DNA of 63,176 nt, filler included, from Choristocarpus tenellus KU-1152 (taxonomy: Eukaryota > Protista > Phaeophyceae), in the NCBI GenBank assembly GCA_964200185.2. It is 6 parts of 6 records of this genome, joined end to end, with 100 filler letters (N's around TTAATTAATTAA, not from the genome) between each part and the next. Parts side by side here need not be neighbours in the genome. Positions count along the whole stretch, not along the records: positions 21,568 to 33,525 come from CAXNAD020002050.1; positions 33,626 to 49,225 come from CAXNAD020000966.1; 4 more parts are not named here. One strand, written 5' to 3'. The translations under genes and the position numbers were made by a program. This document shows positions 23,810 through 36,164 of the stretch, in pieces. Each line of letters opens with the position of its first letter. Within the stretch, counting starts at the first letter, position 1. The notes under the pieces are model-generated. The model was not told the DNA's origin. It did not search any database and saw nothing but the letters and a program-made list of their open reading frames with translations.

Positions 23810-25861
23810 GTTCCTTGCCTCTTGCTATTTCTGTTTGCGTCGTACGTCAGAATTGGTACTCATTGATGGTGTGATATTGAGCAGCCTTCCCTCCTTCCTG
23901 TGCCTCCTAATCACTTGACAGAATTGCCATCTTCCACCCTTGACACCTCTACACATTCAATACTGATAAGAGATTTTGGAAGTTATAGTGTGTTTCTTTC
24001 TCCCTCCTTCAGAATGTTCTGTTTTTTCCCAACATCGGAGTTGACGTGGAGGATGGTCAGGACCAAACAAGTGGTACTTATTATTATATCTTGTTCTAGG
24101 ACTGGTAGTAATAGATTGAACTGTTAAAGGAATTTTCGCCAATAACGAGTAAGAGGTACTCATATAGCAAGAATGAGACAATTGTTCGGGGATTGTTCCA
24201 CAAAAGTACACTTTTCATGACGATTCCTGTTCGCCGAACTATCATAAGGGGAGGTATTGTCCAACCCTCTCAATCACCCTAGCAAACAATCTTACAAGTT
24301 ACCTAACAATATATTTCCCAGAACATTACTTGAACATCACAATATTCAAATGTTCCTTTCCATCACTCATGAATCATTCTAGTCGCACTATATTGTTACA
24401 AAGACATTAATTTATTACTTCATGTATACTAATAACAACGTTGAGTGCGTACCTTGAAAGTGTTTATTTCTCTGTTGTTTCCAACTTTTCCGACACTATT
24501 AAAAAAAGTTGCGTTACAAATTTGTAAAAAAAGGCAATTTTTACACCTATTTGTTAGCATCCTCAAAATGCAACTCTGGGTGCCTCTCGTTTACCTTGAC
24601 TCGCACGCAAAATTGATACTCCCCCTGTCCATAACAAAGTGACATCACAATTAAACAAAGAAGGCTCATTCTACAATTTTACAATATGGCATCTTTTTCG
24701 ACCTTTCTCGTGATCCTTACAAAGAGATCCTTGCTATCTCTCAATCGGTTTGGCTCATGTCAGTCATGAGATGCACCCTAAACAACAAATATTCAAGCGT
24801 ATAGATCCCAGGAAAGCTTTGTCGACATCAGATTATCAACACAGCAAACCTAGAAAGCACACAACATGGGCCTTCATTGCTGTAGCTACCATGGCAATCA
24901 TAACCAGAGCAAAAGAAGAGGTTAAGTTCATGGACTGCACAACAACAGGGACACCATTACTACTTCGTGAAAATAAATAATAATTCACAACATAACACGG
25001 TCCTTCCTCTACTCAGCATACTGCAAAGTCCAGAGTCACAGTCTTCAAACTTCTGATCAAGCAGAACAGAGTGACACTATCAAAGAGAGGTGTGTCGTTG
25101 AGTTTTAGGGTCCATATGACTGTATTATGGTGTAAGCGTTTTGAACAATTTGTGGAGAAAGCTTTGGGCTAACAATGTGCTAACACCTAGTACTCTGCTT
25201 CAACCACAACCTACCGAGGGGAGTTGAATTTATTCCAGGTTATATGAAGGTATCCCGAGATGGCAGACCCCAGGAGTAAGGACACTGATGTCAAAACTAG
25301 AATTCCTCAATTGCCGGCAGACTGCAATTTGGTCAGGGTTGAAGTTGAAAGCGACCCTAGCAAAGTCTATCCAGGAGGAGAGAAAATTTCAAAACACACA
25401 ACACAAGCATCCAATTTTGATCATTATTTTGATTGGTGGGGGCTAGGTGACGCACACTTTCCAGAAACATTCACTTCTTCATTGAAGTTGAGGTGGTCTC
25501 ACGAGGGTGCAATTACCCTTAATATACTTCGCCATAGCATTCATCATTCATCATCAATCGGGGGACAGATTATGTCCGCATTCATATTATTTTTTAGGTG
25601 AGGCTTAGGTTCAGAAAAAATAAAATGAAGGATGACCTGTCTGATTCATCCCAAAAATTGCGATGAACTGTGCAAAGCTCTTCCCCTATGAAAGAAGATG
25701 TAACGACTCTGGGGCCTTTTCCGTACTATGTGCCGCCATCACCATGAGACCACGGCCTTAGAACCATGACCTTATCTACCACCACCTCGTCATTTGCTGC
25801 TAGGGTGTTACTAATAACAACTCAGTCGCTATCTTGGTAGAGTAGATTGGTTGGTCAGGAC

Positions 25862-28800
25862 TCAGTCCTTTGTGCCTGCACCACCAAACACATCTTCAAT
25901 CGTCTTGGCAAGGCTGATGCCCGTACCCAAGTATCCAGACTTTTTGGTCTTGATAGAGTAGAGGAACAGTGCTACCGCCTGAAGTGAAAAGAAAAAAAAT
26001 ACATACACGCATGACACACACACACATGCAGACACAGACACGCGCGCGCACACACACAGTTGTGAGAGGAGGTTGAAGGGCACGAAATGGGAAAGTAACA
26101 GAGTGGGCGTAACGAAATGGTTTAGCTCATACAGTGACAATAATTTCCCAACCACTCCCTCACCCCCCTACCTAGGTAGAAAGTTGGCGGCAATCTCCGA
26201 TTTCCCACAAAGTCGGCACACCCTACACAAACTGTACATAAAAAATAGTAATAATGATAATAATAGTGAAAGCATCTTAGAGGGTACGAGTTTCGCCTTG
26301 TTTGACATTCGGGGCTTGGTTTCCCATGTTCTTTTATTAATGATATTTTCCTAATCGATAATATATCGGAGTAGGTAAAACGTGTACATTATGAAAGGTG
26401 TGTTCGGAACATGGATATTGACACTTCCTAACAAACACGATAGCCAAAATTACATCAAAATCGCAACATTGGATCTTGGTCCCCAAATGGACGTGGCTCT
26501 ACCCTCTAAAGATACTCTGTTATAAAATAATCAAAATTACATTTAATTTTTTTTTACTGTTTTACCGGTTGGTACTGTGTTTCTGATGAGAGGACAAATT
26601 GGGGGTATACCTTATATGTGCAACTAATTAAACTAATTTTCTCTTGCAATATTACTATAATAAATAAATTTATCATGCCTTCCATTGTATTGCTATCAGT
26701 CTTGGCCATTATTGTGGCGGATTGGATATTTTCATGTCACTTTTAAAACTCAACACCAACAATGATGCTTTGGACCAATTCATTGCATCAGATTGACCTT
26801 TCAAACTGGCCAATCACAGATACGATATATCTAAATAAATATATTTAAATACTACATACTATATACTCAGTATGAGGAACTCTCATCAAATATTTATGGA
26901 AATCACAATTGTTGTCTTGAGTAGAGTCAAAGTAGGGCATAGTAGTACATTTTAGTTTTATTATTGTTAATTAAAATATGTATGTATATATATGTATATC
27001 ACACTACACCTGGGGCTCGAAGTATCGGGGGGGGGGGGTGGGAGCTGCCCATTCAGGGGCCGTGTTTCCATGTCGTGATTTTTGTGTGATTTGGTTGCAT
27101 CTGTTGGATGGATAATGTAAGTGCACTTCTCCTGGTCAGGGCCCAAACAGACACCCTGGTGTAGACCTCCCCCCCTCCCTCCCCCACCTCCAATACTTAG
27201 AGCCCTGATACAAAAATAACATTTTCAACTAAAAAATAAAGCATTTTTTTTTCTTCAACAAACATTCCAATGCTCCTTTACATGTATAGAGTTTGAGATT
27301 CAGGAGGCATAGGCGAGAAAAGAGTCGATCATAACGCCTTCAGTCTAATAAGAAAAACTGGAACAATAATCCTCTCGACAGTAAAATCACACAAGTACAT
27401 ACATATTTTCCTTACTCGAGGAAGAGAAAACAGCAAATAATTCAGTAAAACAGAGTTGGTGACAAAATACCTCTCTCCCCCACCTTTTGTATTGTATACC
27501 TTGTGTACTGTATACTCAGTGCGTAGCTGAGGTTTAACAACCCCCCCGACTTTCTGGTAGCAACATCTCAATATATATATATGTGTCTCTTCACAAAGTC
27601 TGCAGGTGTCAAGTGCATTTCGATTGGTGCTGTCTTGTTCCCATCTTCAGTTTGTTTCTTTTCACTAAACTTTCAAAACTTTCAAAATTACTCTAACCTT
27701 TCAGTCTTTTTACCTTTCAAAATCTCTTCAAAAAAAGAAACCTTAACCTTCACAAATCGATATGCCCAACCCCCCCCCACCCTTTACTTTATTTGTACCT
27801 GGAATACATTTGCCGGGCCCGGCAACGCCTCCCAAAACTCCCCGTTGGCCACTACAGAGAAGTGTGGAGGTTGCTCTCCCATCTTCATGAGCAGGAACCT
27901 GTCCACCAATCGGAATTTTCTGGGAATGTCCATATAAAACTCGTATACCCACAAAGAATGCAACAAGACCTTTGCAATGAGATGTGGGTGTTCACATTAG
28001 CTACCTGAGCAAGGTCCTGCCTTGCACTGTATTGAGATGTCACTAATAATACAAATATTGTAGTCCACTAGTGCCAAGTGCAACAAAACAACCACATCAA
28101 AAGATCGATAATACCTAGGTCAGGTTCTTATGCTATGTATGGCGGCGTGTGTGGAAGTAGGACTACAGCAGCAGTGCACTGACCGAGCAAAAGACCATCC
28201 AAGATCAAAATAAAAACCAAATTATATGAGCATGGAAGGTGTTATGGGCGAGTTCATTGAATTAATGGGTTAGACCTTGACAACATACTACCAACCAGGC
28301 TTGTTTGATATCTCACCTGTTTACATCATTATTGTTATGTGGGAAAATTCTTATCGTTTTCTTACAACAAAATAAAATGGTTGATACTAATAAGAAGAAG
28401 AAAAAAGCAATGAAAACACTAATCTGAAAACCGTATTGGTTGTACATGTTAAAAATAAATAAATAGCACTAATAAGCACGCCACTATCACTACTAATACT
28501 ACCATAGCACTACTCCTGTTGTAGAAGCAATCATTATAAAAACAGCAATCAACCCCCAACCCTAACCCCCCATATCTAGAGTCATTATAATAAGAAAAAT
28601 CATAAGAATAATAGGGGTTAGGGTTAGGGTATTGGGGGGATGGGGCAAGTCACTGACCAAGCTGCAACCTTAATAACCCTTTCCTGAGAGGAACATTGGT
28701 TATTGAAGCAGATTCTACTATGGCACATACATGCGTATATATACATACATTTGAGACACACATTCCACTCCTCTACACTCTACATGGAACACAGTCCAAC

Positions 28801-31800
28801 AAAGACAAGCAAAAAAAACAAACATCTTGTTGTGTCGATATAAAACACCAATCAATCACCCTTTTCCTACCTAACTACAACCAACACAATCTGACACCCT
28901 ATCTGTTCCAAACCCGACAAGAAGGAATGCGACATTCTATCACCAAGAAGGCATTTTCAAACAAGCAAGAAAGACTTCATCTCGACAGAACACAAAGACG
29001 TACGTCATTATTCCCACACATACTGTTACATACTGTTCACACACACAGGCATCAAACATCAAACACATGAAGGCAATCAATCACACAAGGACCAAACGGA
29101 ATGGGTGTATGAAAAAATACCTTCTGTTGCTAGTACTGCAATGAACCTACAAATTAACATAACTATACTTAGGATTAGGGTTAGGGCTAGGGCGGATTGA
29201 AAACAAAATAAAACAAAAAGGTTGCCACTACAAAGTAACCCCTTTGAGACTTGAGTAGGTGAGAGGGGTGTCCAGGTCTGTCATGCAGAGGAGAGGCCGT
29301 TTGGCACCTAAAGCCAGTTTTTCAATCTTTTGCAATTCAACCACATTGTCGTTTCAAAATGTTAATTTTCTCATTTTTGTTTGGGGCAGGGGGGGGACGT
29401 ACGCCGTAAGCCATAGAGCTAGACAAAATAAGTTATAGGACAAAACAGTGGCACACGTTACACCTCCAGAGGACAAATAAAATAAAATATATACATTAAA
29501 CTTAAAGAAAAAAAGAAATACGCTCAAATATCACCTCGCCATTTTTAATAAAAAGAATAAATATACTCCCCCCCCCCACATCAAACTAAACCTTGACCCT
29601 ACCTACATATTGACACTACTAAAGCTCTCGAACAGTGCATAACAAGATGTTCCCAAAAGATTGAAGGCGGCGGTACCTTCAATATCAATACCATGAGCAC
29701 AGTCCATACACTCTCACTAACAACCCAACTCTCTAACCCTCACCTCCCCCTGAGGTTTTCCTCGCCCCTGACAGGTGGTGTCTCCATGAAGTGTGCCCTT
29801 GAGAACGGTCTATCCTCTGGGTATTCCTTGGAGAGGAGGTCATCGCTGCTGCAGACATAGACGTGCATTACCACGGCAGCATCTGTCGCCAGCTGGGGAC
29901 CCCAGTCCCTCCCACCATACCTGAAATAATATATTAGGTTTAGGGTTAACAGGATCCGTTGGAGGTTTAAGGTTAGGGTTACCTGAAACAACAACAAAAT
30001 ATTATTAATTGAAAAAAGGCATCCAATGAGAGGTCTTGGATGAACAAACCATTCATCCATTGTACATAGTATATTTATTTGTCTCAAGTAACCCTAACCC
30101 CAATCTAAAATATAAAAAACCAAGAAGCCCTTGCCTCAACTCTGCCTTTCATCTCCAACCCTAACCCTAACCCTAACTTGAATCTATATCCCTAACTTTA
30201 TCGCCTGTAGGTACACACTACTAATGCATAATACACATCAAAGCGCAATCCTAATCCTAGCCCTAGCCCTAACCCTAACTTACACTCTGAGCTCGCAAAA
30301 ATAAACAATAAACATTTTTCTTCCTTAGTAATACACACACACAACGTTTTTCAATTATATAGTAATATATACACACAACGTTTTCAATTATATAAAGTCT
30401 CAACATAAAAAAAACTCCGCCCCCCCCAACCTCCAAAAAAAGACTGCTTAATTTGAATAATAACTCGTTAGTTACTCGTTAGATACTCGTTAGTTACTCG
30501 TTAGTTACTCGTTAGTTACTCGTTAGATACTCGTTAGTTACTCGTTAGATACTCGTTAGATACTCGTTAGATACTCGTTAGTTACTCGTTAGATACTCGT
30601 TAGTTACTCGTTAGATACTCGTTAGATACTCGTTAGTTACTCGTTAGTTACTCGTTAGTTACTCGTTAGATACTCGTTAGTTACTCGTTAGTTACTCTCT
30701 GCTTTACTCGAAGAGCAACTAACACAGCTTTTGAAGGACTTGGACAGAGATAGGCCATTTGTGAAAATTTCTAATAACAGTGCCATACATACTGCTTTAA
30801 TTCATTTATATTGCTTTGTGTCTCCAGTTCACAGGCAGTAAGTCCATCCCAATAAATTCACCTAAACCTTTACGCATTTTTTTAACCCTGTGAAACAACC
30901 CGGAGGGACAAAGGTACTCTATGAGTTAGGGTTAGGGTGTGAGTAATAATAATAATAATAATAATAAAACAGATGAAAATACTCTAAATAAATAATTATA
31001 TATTTTTTCTTATGCATTGTGCAACATAATTCTACCCTAAACCTAACCCTAACCAACAAGGTAGCCGATTTCAGTTTCAAACAATATTGAACTCGTTCTA
31101 CGTCAACAAAATGCCTTTGTGATATTACAATCATACATCATACCTCATACATCATACTGAGGATAACATAAGGCACTAGTCATTATAGTAATCTACCTCC
31201 CTCATCAGTGCACTACTAGACTCTCAGTCTTACCTGCTCCAGGGTAACAGTGTAATTCTACTTATTAATATTATTATATTAATATTATTTTCACCATTAT
31301 TATTATTCTTAAGGTGACACACCTGAAACATACAGATCCCCATAAATGTACAGAAAATAATTTCTCTGTATATTACATGTCCATTACAAAGAGGTGACCT
31401 TCACTACTTCATGTGCCAAGTGACACAATGCCTTCACTTGATATCATTTTATTTTATTCAGTCTCTATTCTACAGGACATCTTCAATGATTTTTTGTTTT
31501 TCTGGGGGGGGGGGGGGAGAAGATTCTATTCCACCCGTAAAAAAATAAGGTCTACTGCACAGGAATTAAACAAAATATGTCAAAGTGACTGAAAGAGGTA
31601 TCTATACCTCTCAGATGGTATCAATAATCTAATAGTGTGACTCTAGAGAAAGAGAGATGGATAGATAGAGAGAGAAAAAAAACTGATCAACAAACCTTCC
31701 ACCCTTGTCCCAAATAAAAGTACTCAGAAAGTCATCTTCAGCCAACGTGCGTAGCCTCTGAAGGACATAGCCGGCTCCAGAGCCAACTCCGGTAGCACCA

Positions 31801-31877
31801 ACGCCAACGCCAACATGCAAAGCCTTTTCTAGGTACTGGCATGTTTCCATAGCAACATTGCAGTCAGTGGGCGGTAT
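25862..31877 (-). CDS. TMEM209: TMEM209 (CytochromB561_N family nuclear-envelope protein), 3' four exons (31877-31696, 29920-29744, 27898-27799, 25978-25862)
   Basis: Phase-consistent splicing gives YVLQRLRTLAEDDFLSTFIWDKGGRYGGRDWGPQLATDAAVVMHVY...PPHF...NVFQAVALFLYSIKTKKSGYLG, matching the conserved TMEM209 C-terminus. Confidence 0.85.
26264..26517 (-). mobile_element. MITE family A, full copy in reverse orientation
   Basis: Reverse complement is collinear with 6485-6743; ends AGTGAAAGCATCTTAGAGGGTA / TACCCTCTAAAGATACT. Confidence 0.8.
27013..27205 (+). mobile_element. MITE family B, full copy
   Basis: Imperfect TIRs GGGCTCGAAGTATCGG+poly(G) / poly(C)+CCAATACTTAGAGCCC; the internal part is the reverse complement of 33340-33500. 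Confidence 0.75.
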
Positions 31878-33001
31878 CTTGTTGGTAAAGTTCTTAGGGT
31901 TAGGGTTAGGGTCAGGGTTAGGGTTAGGGCTGAAATTACTTTCTCGAAAAGGTCAAGAAAAGGTACTAATGTACATGCATGCTTGAAGAACTATGTGATC
32001 AACTGACTACTCCCCACTTTGTTGGGGGTGAGAGGAGTTTGGGATAATGAGCCATAGTTTCAAGCACTACAGAGCACTCTTGTGGTTCAGCGGCTAGATG
32101 GAGGATAGAGGGGGAGGAGGGATGGCATTCTGTAATTACATTTTTTGATTATTTTCATTGCTACTTCAACATCTTCAAATGTATCTTAAAAAATGGATAG
32201 GGTTAGGGTTAGTTACGCCGTCTCATACACAAAATATATGTAACAAATTTGAAGATGTTGATAATTATTATCATTCTAAGCAAAAAAAATGTAACAAGTT
32301 TTTGAATCCCTAAGCCCATAATATCCTGACAAAAAACTTGAAACACCTAAATCGCCACCAATCAGGAAGAGCTTATGTGGACATTTCCCAGAGCTACAAG
32401 AAATGTGAGCTGTATCTATTTTTAACCAATTACAACACATAAAAAGTCCAACCTGAGAGAACCACTATTCAAAAAATTATTTCAGTGTTCTCTAATAAAA
32501 AGAAAAATACTGCAGTTGTCAGCATATTAACACCGCCTGGACCACTAACCCTAACCCTAACCCTAAGCACCCTCACAATCAATAAAAATTCTTTCACCTG
32601 TCCATGGGTTGTAAGTGTGTCCAGGTTTTATTAGAGGATCAACCAAAATTAATGAATAAATTGTTAATTTCAGACATCAAGTAAGAGTCAACCAGGGGAG
32701 GGGGGGGGCAAATCAATCAATAAAAAAAAACCCATGAATATATATATATAACAATGTTTACACCATCAACATCTTGTTGTGACTCTGAGCAGCAGGAAGT
32801 GAAGTGTGCGAAGAAGTGGGCAGGCGTTTCTTTCTATAGCATACACAAAGGCAACAATAACCCTAACCCTAACCCTAAACATGATTCGGGTGGAAACTGT
32901 GCAATAATAATAATAATAGTAATAGATTGAGGTCAACGAATTGTCAGAGAAATCATCTCCAGAGATATATGTCCAGGAAAGGGCTTAGGGTTAGGGTTAG
33001 G
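28555..33001. repeat. Cluster of short interstitial telomere-like (TTAGGG/CCCTAA)n tracts
   Basis: About 14 short tracts in both orientations, e.g. ~28615, 29170, 29935-29980, 30160, 30260, 30925, 31035, 31895-31930, 32200, 32550, 32860, 32985. Confidence 0.85.
30463..30697. repeat. 11-bp minisatellite ACTCGTTAG[T/A]T x21
   Basis: Counted directly; units differ only at one position. Confidence 0.95.
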
Positions 33002-33324
33002 AAGTTTTTTTTTTAATGATTTGGAGGGCAAGGGCATATGACTAAGGGTATGTGAAGCAGTCAGTGACTTATGATGGTCTACTCTTGGGAGGTTAACATA
33101 TGTTGAGATATCTTATGACATGTTAAGGTATGTCATGACATTAACTCCCCTCTGCTGCTTCAAGGTAAAAAAATAAAATTAGTAAGTACTATAATAATAA
33201 TAATATTACTAGCTGTTATTAGTGGTGGTAAAAGTAATAACAATAGCAATGGCATTAATCGCGATAGTGATGGACTGGCTGATGCAGAACGGGCAGTTGG
33301 ATCTCAACATTTTTTAATTTACAA

Positions 33325-33510
33325 GTCTCAAAGCGTCTGGGGGGTGGGGGTGGGGGGGATCTACGCCAGGGTGCCCATTCTGGCGCTGACCAGAAAAAAG
33401 TGTGCTTACATTATCCATCTGACGCATGCAACCAAATCACACAATAATAGCAACATGGAAAAATAGGCCCCGAATGGACAGTCGTCACCCCCCCCCCCCC
33501 CCCAAACATT
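33325..33510 (-). mobile_element. MITE family B, diverged copy in reverse orientation
   Basis: e.g. GCTTACATTATCCATCTGACGCATGCAACCAAATCACACAA versus TTGTGTGATTTGGTTGCATCTGTTGGATGGATAATGTAAGT at ~27082-27122; G-run and C-run ends. Confidence 0.75.
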
Positions 33511-33525
33511 AATCCACCACCTCTT

Positions 33526-33625
33526 NNNNNNNNNNNNNNNNNNNNNNNNNNNNNNNNNNNNNNNNNNNNTTAATTAATTAANNNNNNNNNNNNNNNNNNN
33601 NNNNNNNNNNNNNNNNNNNNNNNNN
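33526..33625. other. Artificial contig linker
   Basis: N44-TTAATTAATTAA-N44. Confidence 0.98.
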
Positions 33626-33681
33626 CAAGTCCCAAATGGACAAACAGGGAAAAACTCGTACCCTCTAAGATACTTTCACTC
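33626..33681 (+). mobile_element. MITE family A right end (truncated by contig start)
   Basis: CCCAAATGGACAAACAGGGAAAAACTCGTACCCTCTAAGATACTTTCACTC. Confidence 0.85.
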
Positions 33682-34205
33682 AGTTCTTGAGAAGGGTGAC
33701 ATTTCACTTGAGTAGGACAGTCAGTTGCTGAGCATGAGGATGAAACAAGTAATGCTCATATATATATACTCTGAAGTAAGTACATTTGGGAGTTGTACTC
33801 CAGAGAAGCAACCTGTGACTTTGCAAAGCAGAAAACAGACAGGGTACTTAGATGGAACAGAGAGTGCATTAGAAATGGAAAAAACTCATCTTGGACCGAA
33901 ACATTTTCAGAGAGCAAGATATGGAATATCTATACTGAAGTGCTTTCCCTCTTCTCCTCCTAGAGGGTCAGTACAGTTGCTGCATTGGCTTGAACCAGTT
34001 ATCATAAAAGACATAGAAGAAAAATACATACTTCTCGAAAACCATCTTGATGTGAAAGTGTGGGAATTGCCGTGGTGGAGCTGCAAGAGTCGATGATGCA
34101 TTCTGTAATTTTGTCTCTAAGAGCTTACTTCTCATGCTGTCTTCATGGGGTGTCACATTTGCACTATAGAAAGGGCAACTGTTATCGCATGGGTAGGTGT
34201 ACTTA

Positions 34206-35830
34206 CCATTAACAGTCAAGTTTCGCAGAGCACGCGCACACTGAGACTGGAGATCTATACATGGTGTTGAAGCACCATCAAGGATAGGCTTGAGTCCGCC
34301 CAACGCCACTATTGTGAGCTCACTTTCATCTGTAATGTTTGTGTGTGAACATCCTCAAGATTGGGTTTGTGTGTGGTATTATTGCAACTATGGTAAAGTG
34401 TAAATAATTACTTTTGATACAGGGAGCATTTTCCTTCCACCTCTAGTGTTTGTGACACTCTTGTCAAAGGATGGTGCACATAGGGTTCAGGAGCAGTAGG
34501 GCATTCAACGCAAAGAGACAGAGAAGGAGATAGAGTGATAATGGCGGTGGTATGGGGATGATGAGTCGAATAAATGTGTTCGAACCGATTTCTTAATAAT
34601 AATAAAAAAATAATGTGCGAACAGTGTTCCCCTTCTGTGCAGCAGCTGGCTGAGTTTAGATACTACTAATATTAATACCAGTCACAACAAAATACTACTA
34701 TTAGTGTTGATACATATTTAATCTCTCAATACTTTTTTGGGTGGTTCCTCACCGTTCACTGCCAGGTTGGCAAGGGCAGCGATGGCTTCAACAGCAACAG
34801 ATGTGTTCTTAGAGCCAGCCAAACGGATGAGTGGTGGTATCCCCTTCGCTCTTGAGATTAACTCTTTGTTGTGTGTGTTTACCCCTAAGTTGGCTAGAGC
34901 CTTGGCACCCTGCCTCTGCAGATTAATATGATGTGTGTCCAGAATGGCCACCAATGCTTCTATTCCTCCCTCTTCCGCCATGAGTGTTTGGTTCTCAGCT
35001 GGATCGGAGCAATGGTGGTATGACGTAAAATTAACAAACGCTCTTTTAGTACAGTCAGTTTGATTGGGTTTCGTGAAGTACCTGCTAGAAACAATGAGAA
35101 GATCAACACTTCAATTGGAAGAGATTTATGTCTCGTGTAGAAGTGATTCCTGTTTAGTATAAGGTAGGGGTTGGCATATGTCATGACAACAATGAACCGT
35201 TGTATAGGGGTTCTCCTCCTTCTCAACACTCCACCGCTTAGCTACTTGCTCCACGTTCTATGAAGCGACCCTATCATACCTACCATTTACTGAGAGGTTG
35301 GCCAAGGCATGGACGGCAAGACGCTGGACTTCGACATCTGTAGACTGTGCAAGAGGAAGAAGAAGTTTTAGCCCACCCAAAGCCACGATCTGAGCTTGTC
35401 GACTCGCTAAAATTGACGTCGAGTGGGGGATTCGTGAAGTAGGAGCAAAATACTTGGTTAGGCGGGGGATTTCTTGGTGTGACACAACATGTTGAGAACA
35501 GCAGTGCCGGGTGATATATATATATATATATATGAATACATCACAATGATGCAATCATTCGCAGCTAGCATGGATCGGCTACTCACGCTGTACAGCCTCG
35601 TTTGCGAGCTTCTCGGCAACCTGTCGTTGGAGTTGTGGGTCGGCGCTCCTGGCATATGAGATCAGTCGTGTCAAGTTGACCCTTAGCATGTCTGTCAGTC
35701 CCTCGTCTGCACACGACATTGTGGTGGATTTGAGTAAGTAGATAAGATATTCATCGAAAATTCCTAAAAGAAAATATCCTCCGGATTTCTGTCCTACACA
35801 TATACCGAACCGGCAGCGAATTTCGACCAT
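34206..35830 (-). CDS. Armadillo-repeat protein (Vac8-like); final exon uncertain
   Basis: Successive exons encode ARM repeats: LISYARSADPQLQRQVAEKLANEAV, GGLKLLLPLAQSTDVEVQRLAVHALANLSVN, GGIEALVAIL..QRQGAKALANLGVN, GIPPLIRLA..AIAALANLAVN, GGLKPIL..QCARALRNLTVN. Confidence 0.88.
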
Positions 35831-36164
35831 GGCTGGTTTGCCCGGTTGACGATCAGAGAATTGTAGCGCAGACAGTCAAAATCGACCCTTTTTGATGGAG
35901 CAAACAATGTATCGCGTACCCTGTTCCTCGAGCGTGAGCTTGGACTCTTCTGATAATTTCGACTCAGAGGTGCCCATGTTCCAATGTCGAGAACTCGCCC
36001 AAAATGAGAGTATCAAATTGTGGTATGTGTATGTAGGACATAAACACCACCCTTTCTTATTGCCAGTTACACCTCAGGTTCTCTTAATCTGTTGGGAAGC
36101 CTTCACAGCATCTTCACCAAACACCTCTCTCTACATTGGACTTAGTCCTGCGAGGGTTTTGGAT

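Noticed and set aside
30463-30697. CRISPR-like array
   Set aside because: No unique spacers, an 11-bp unit, eukaryotic intron context and no cas genes.
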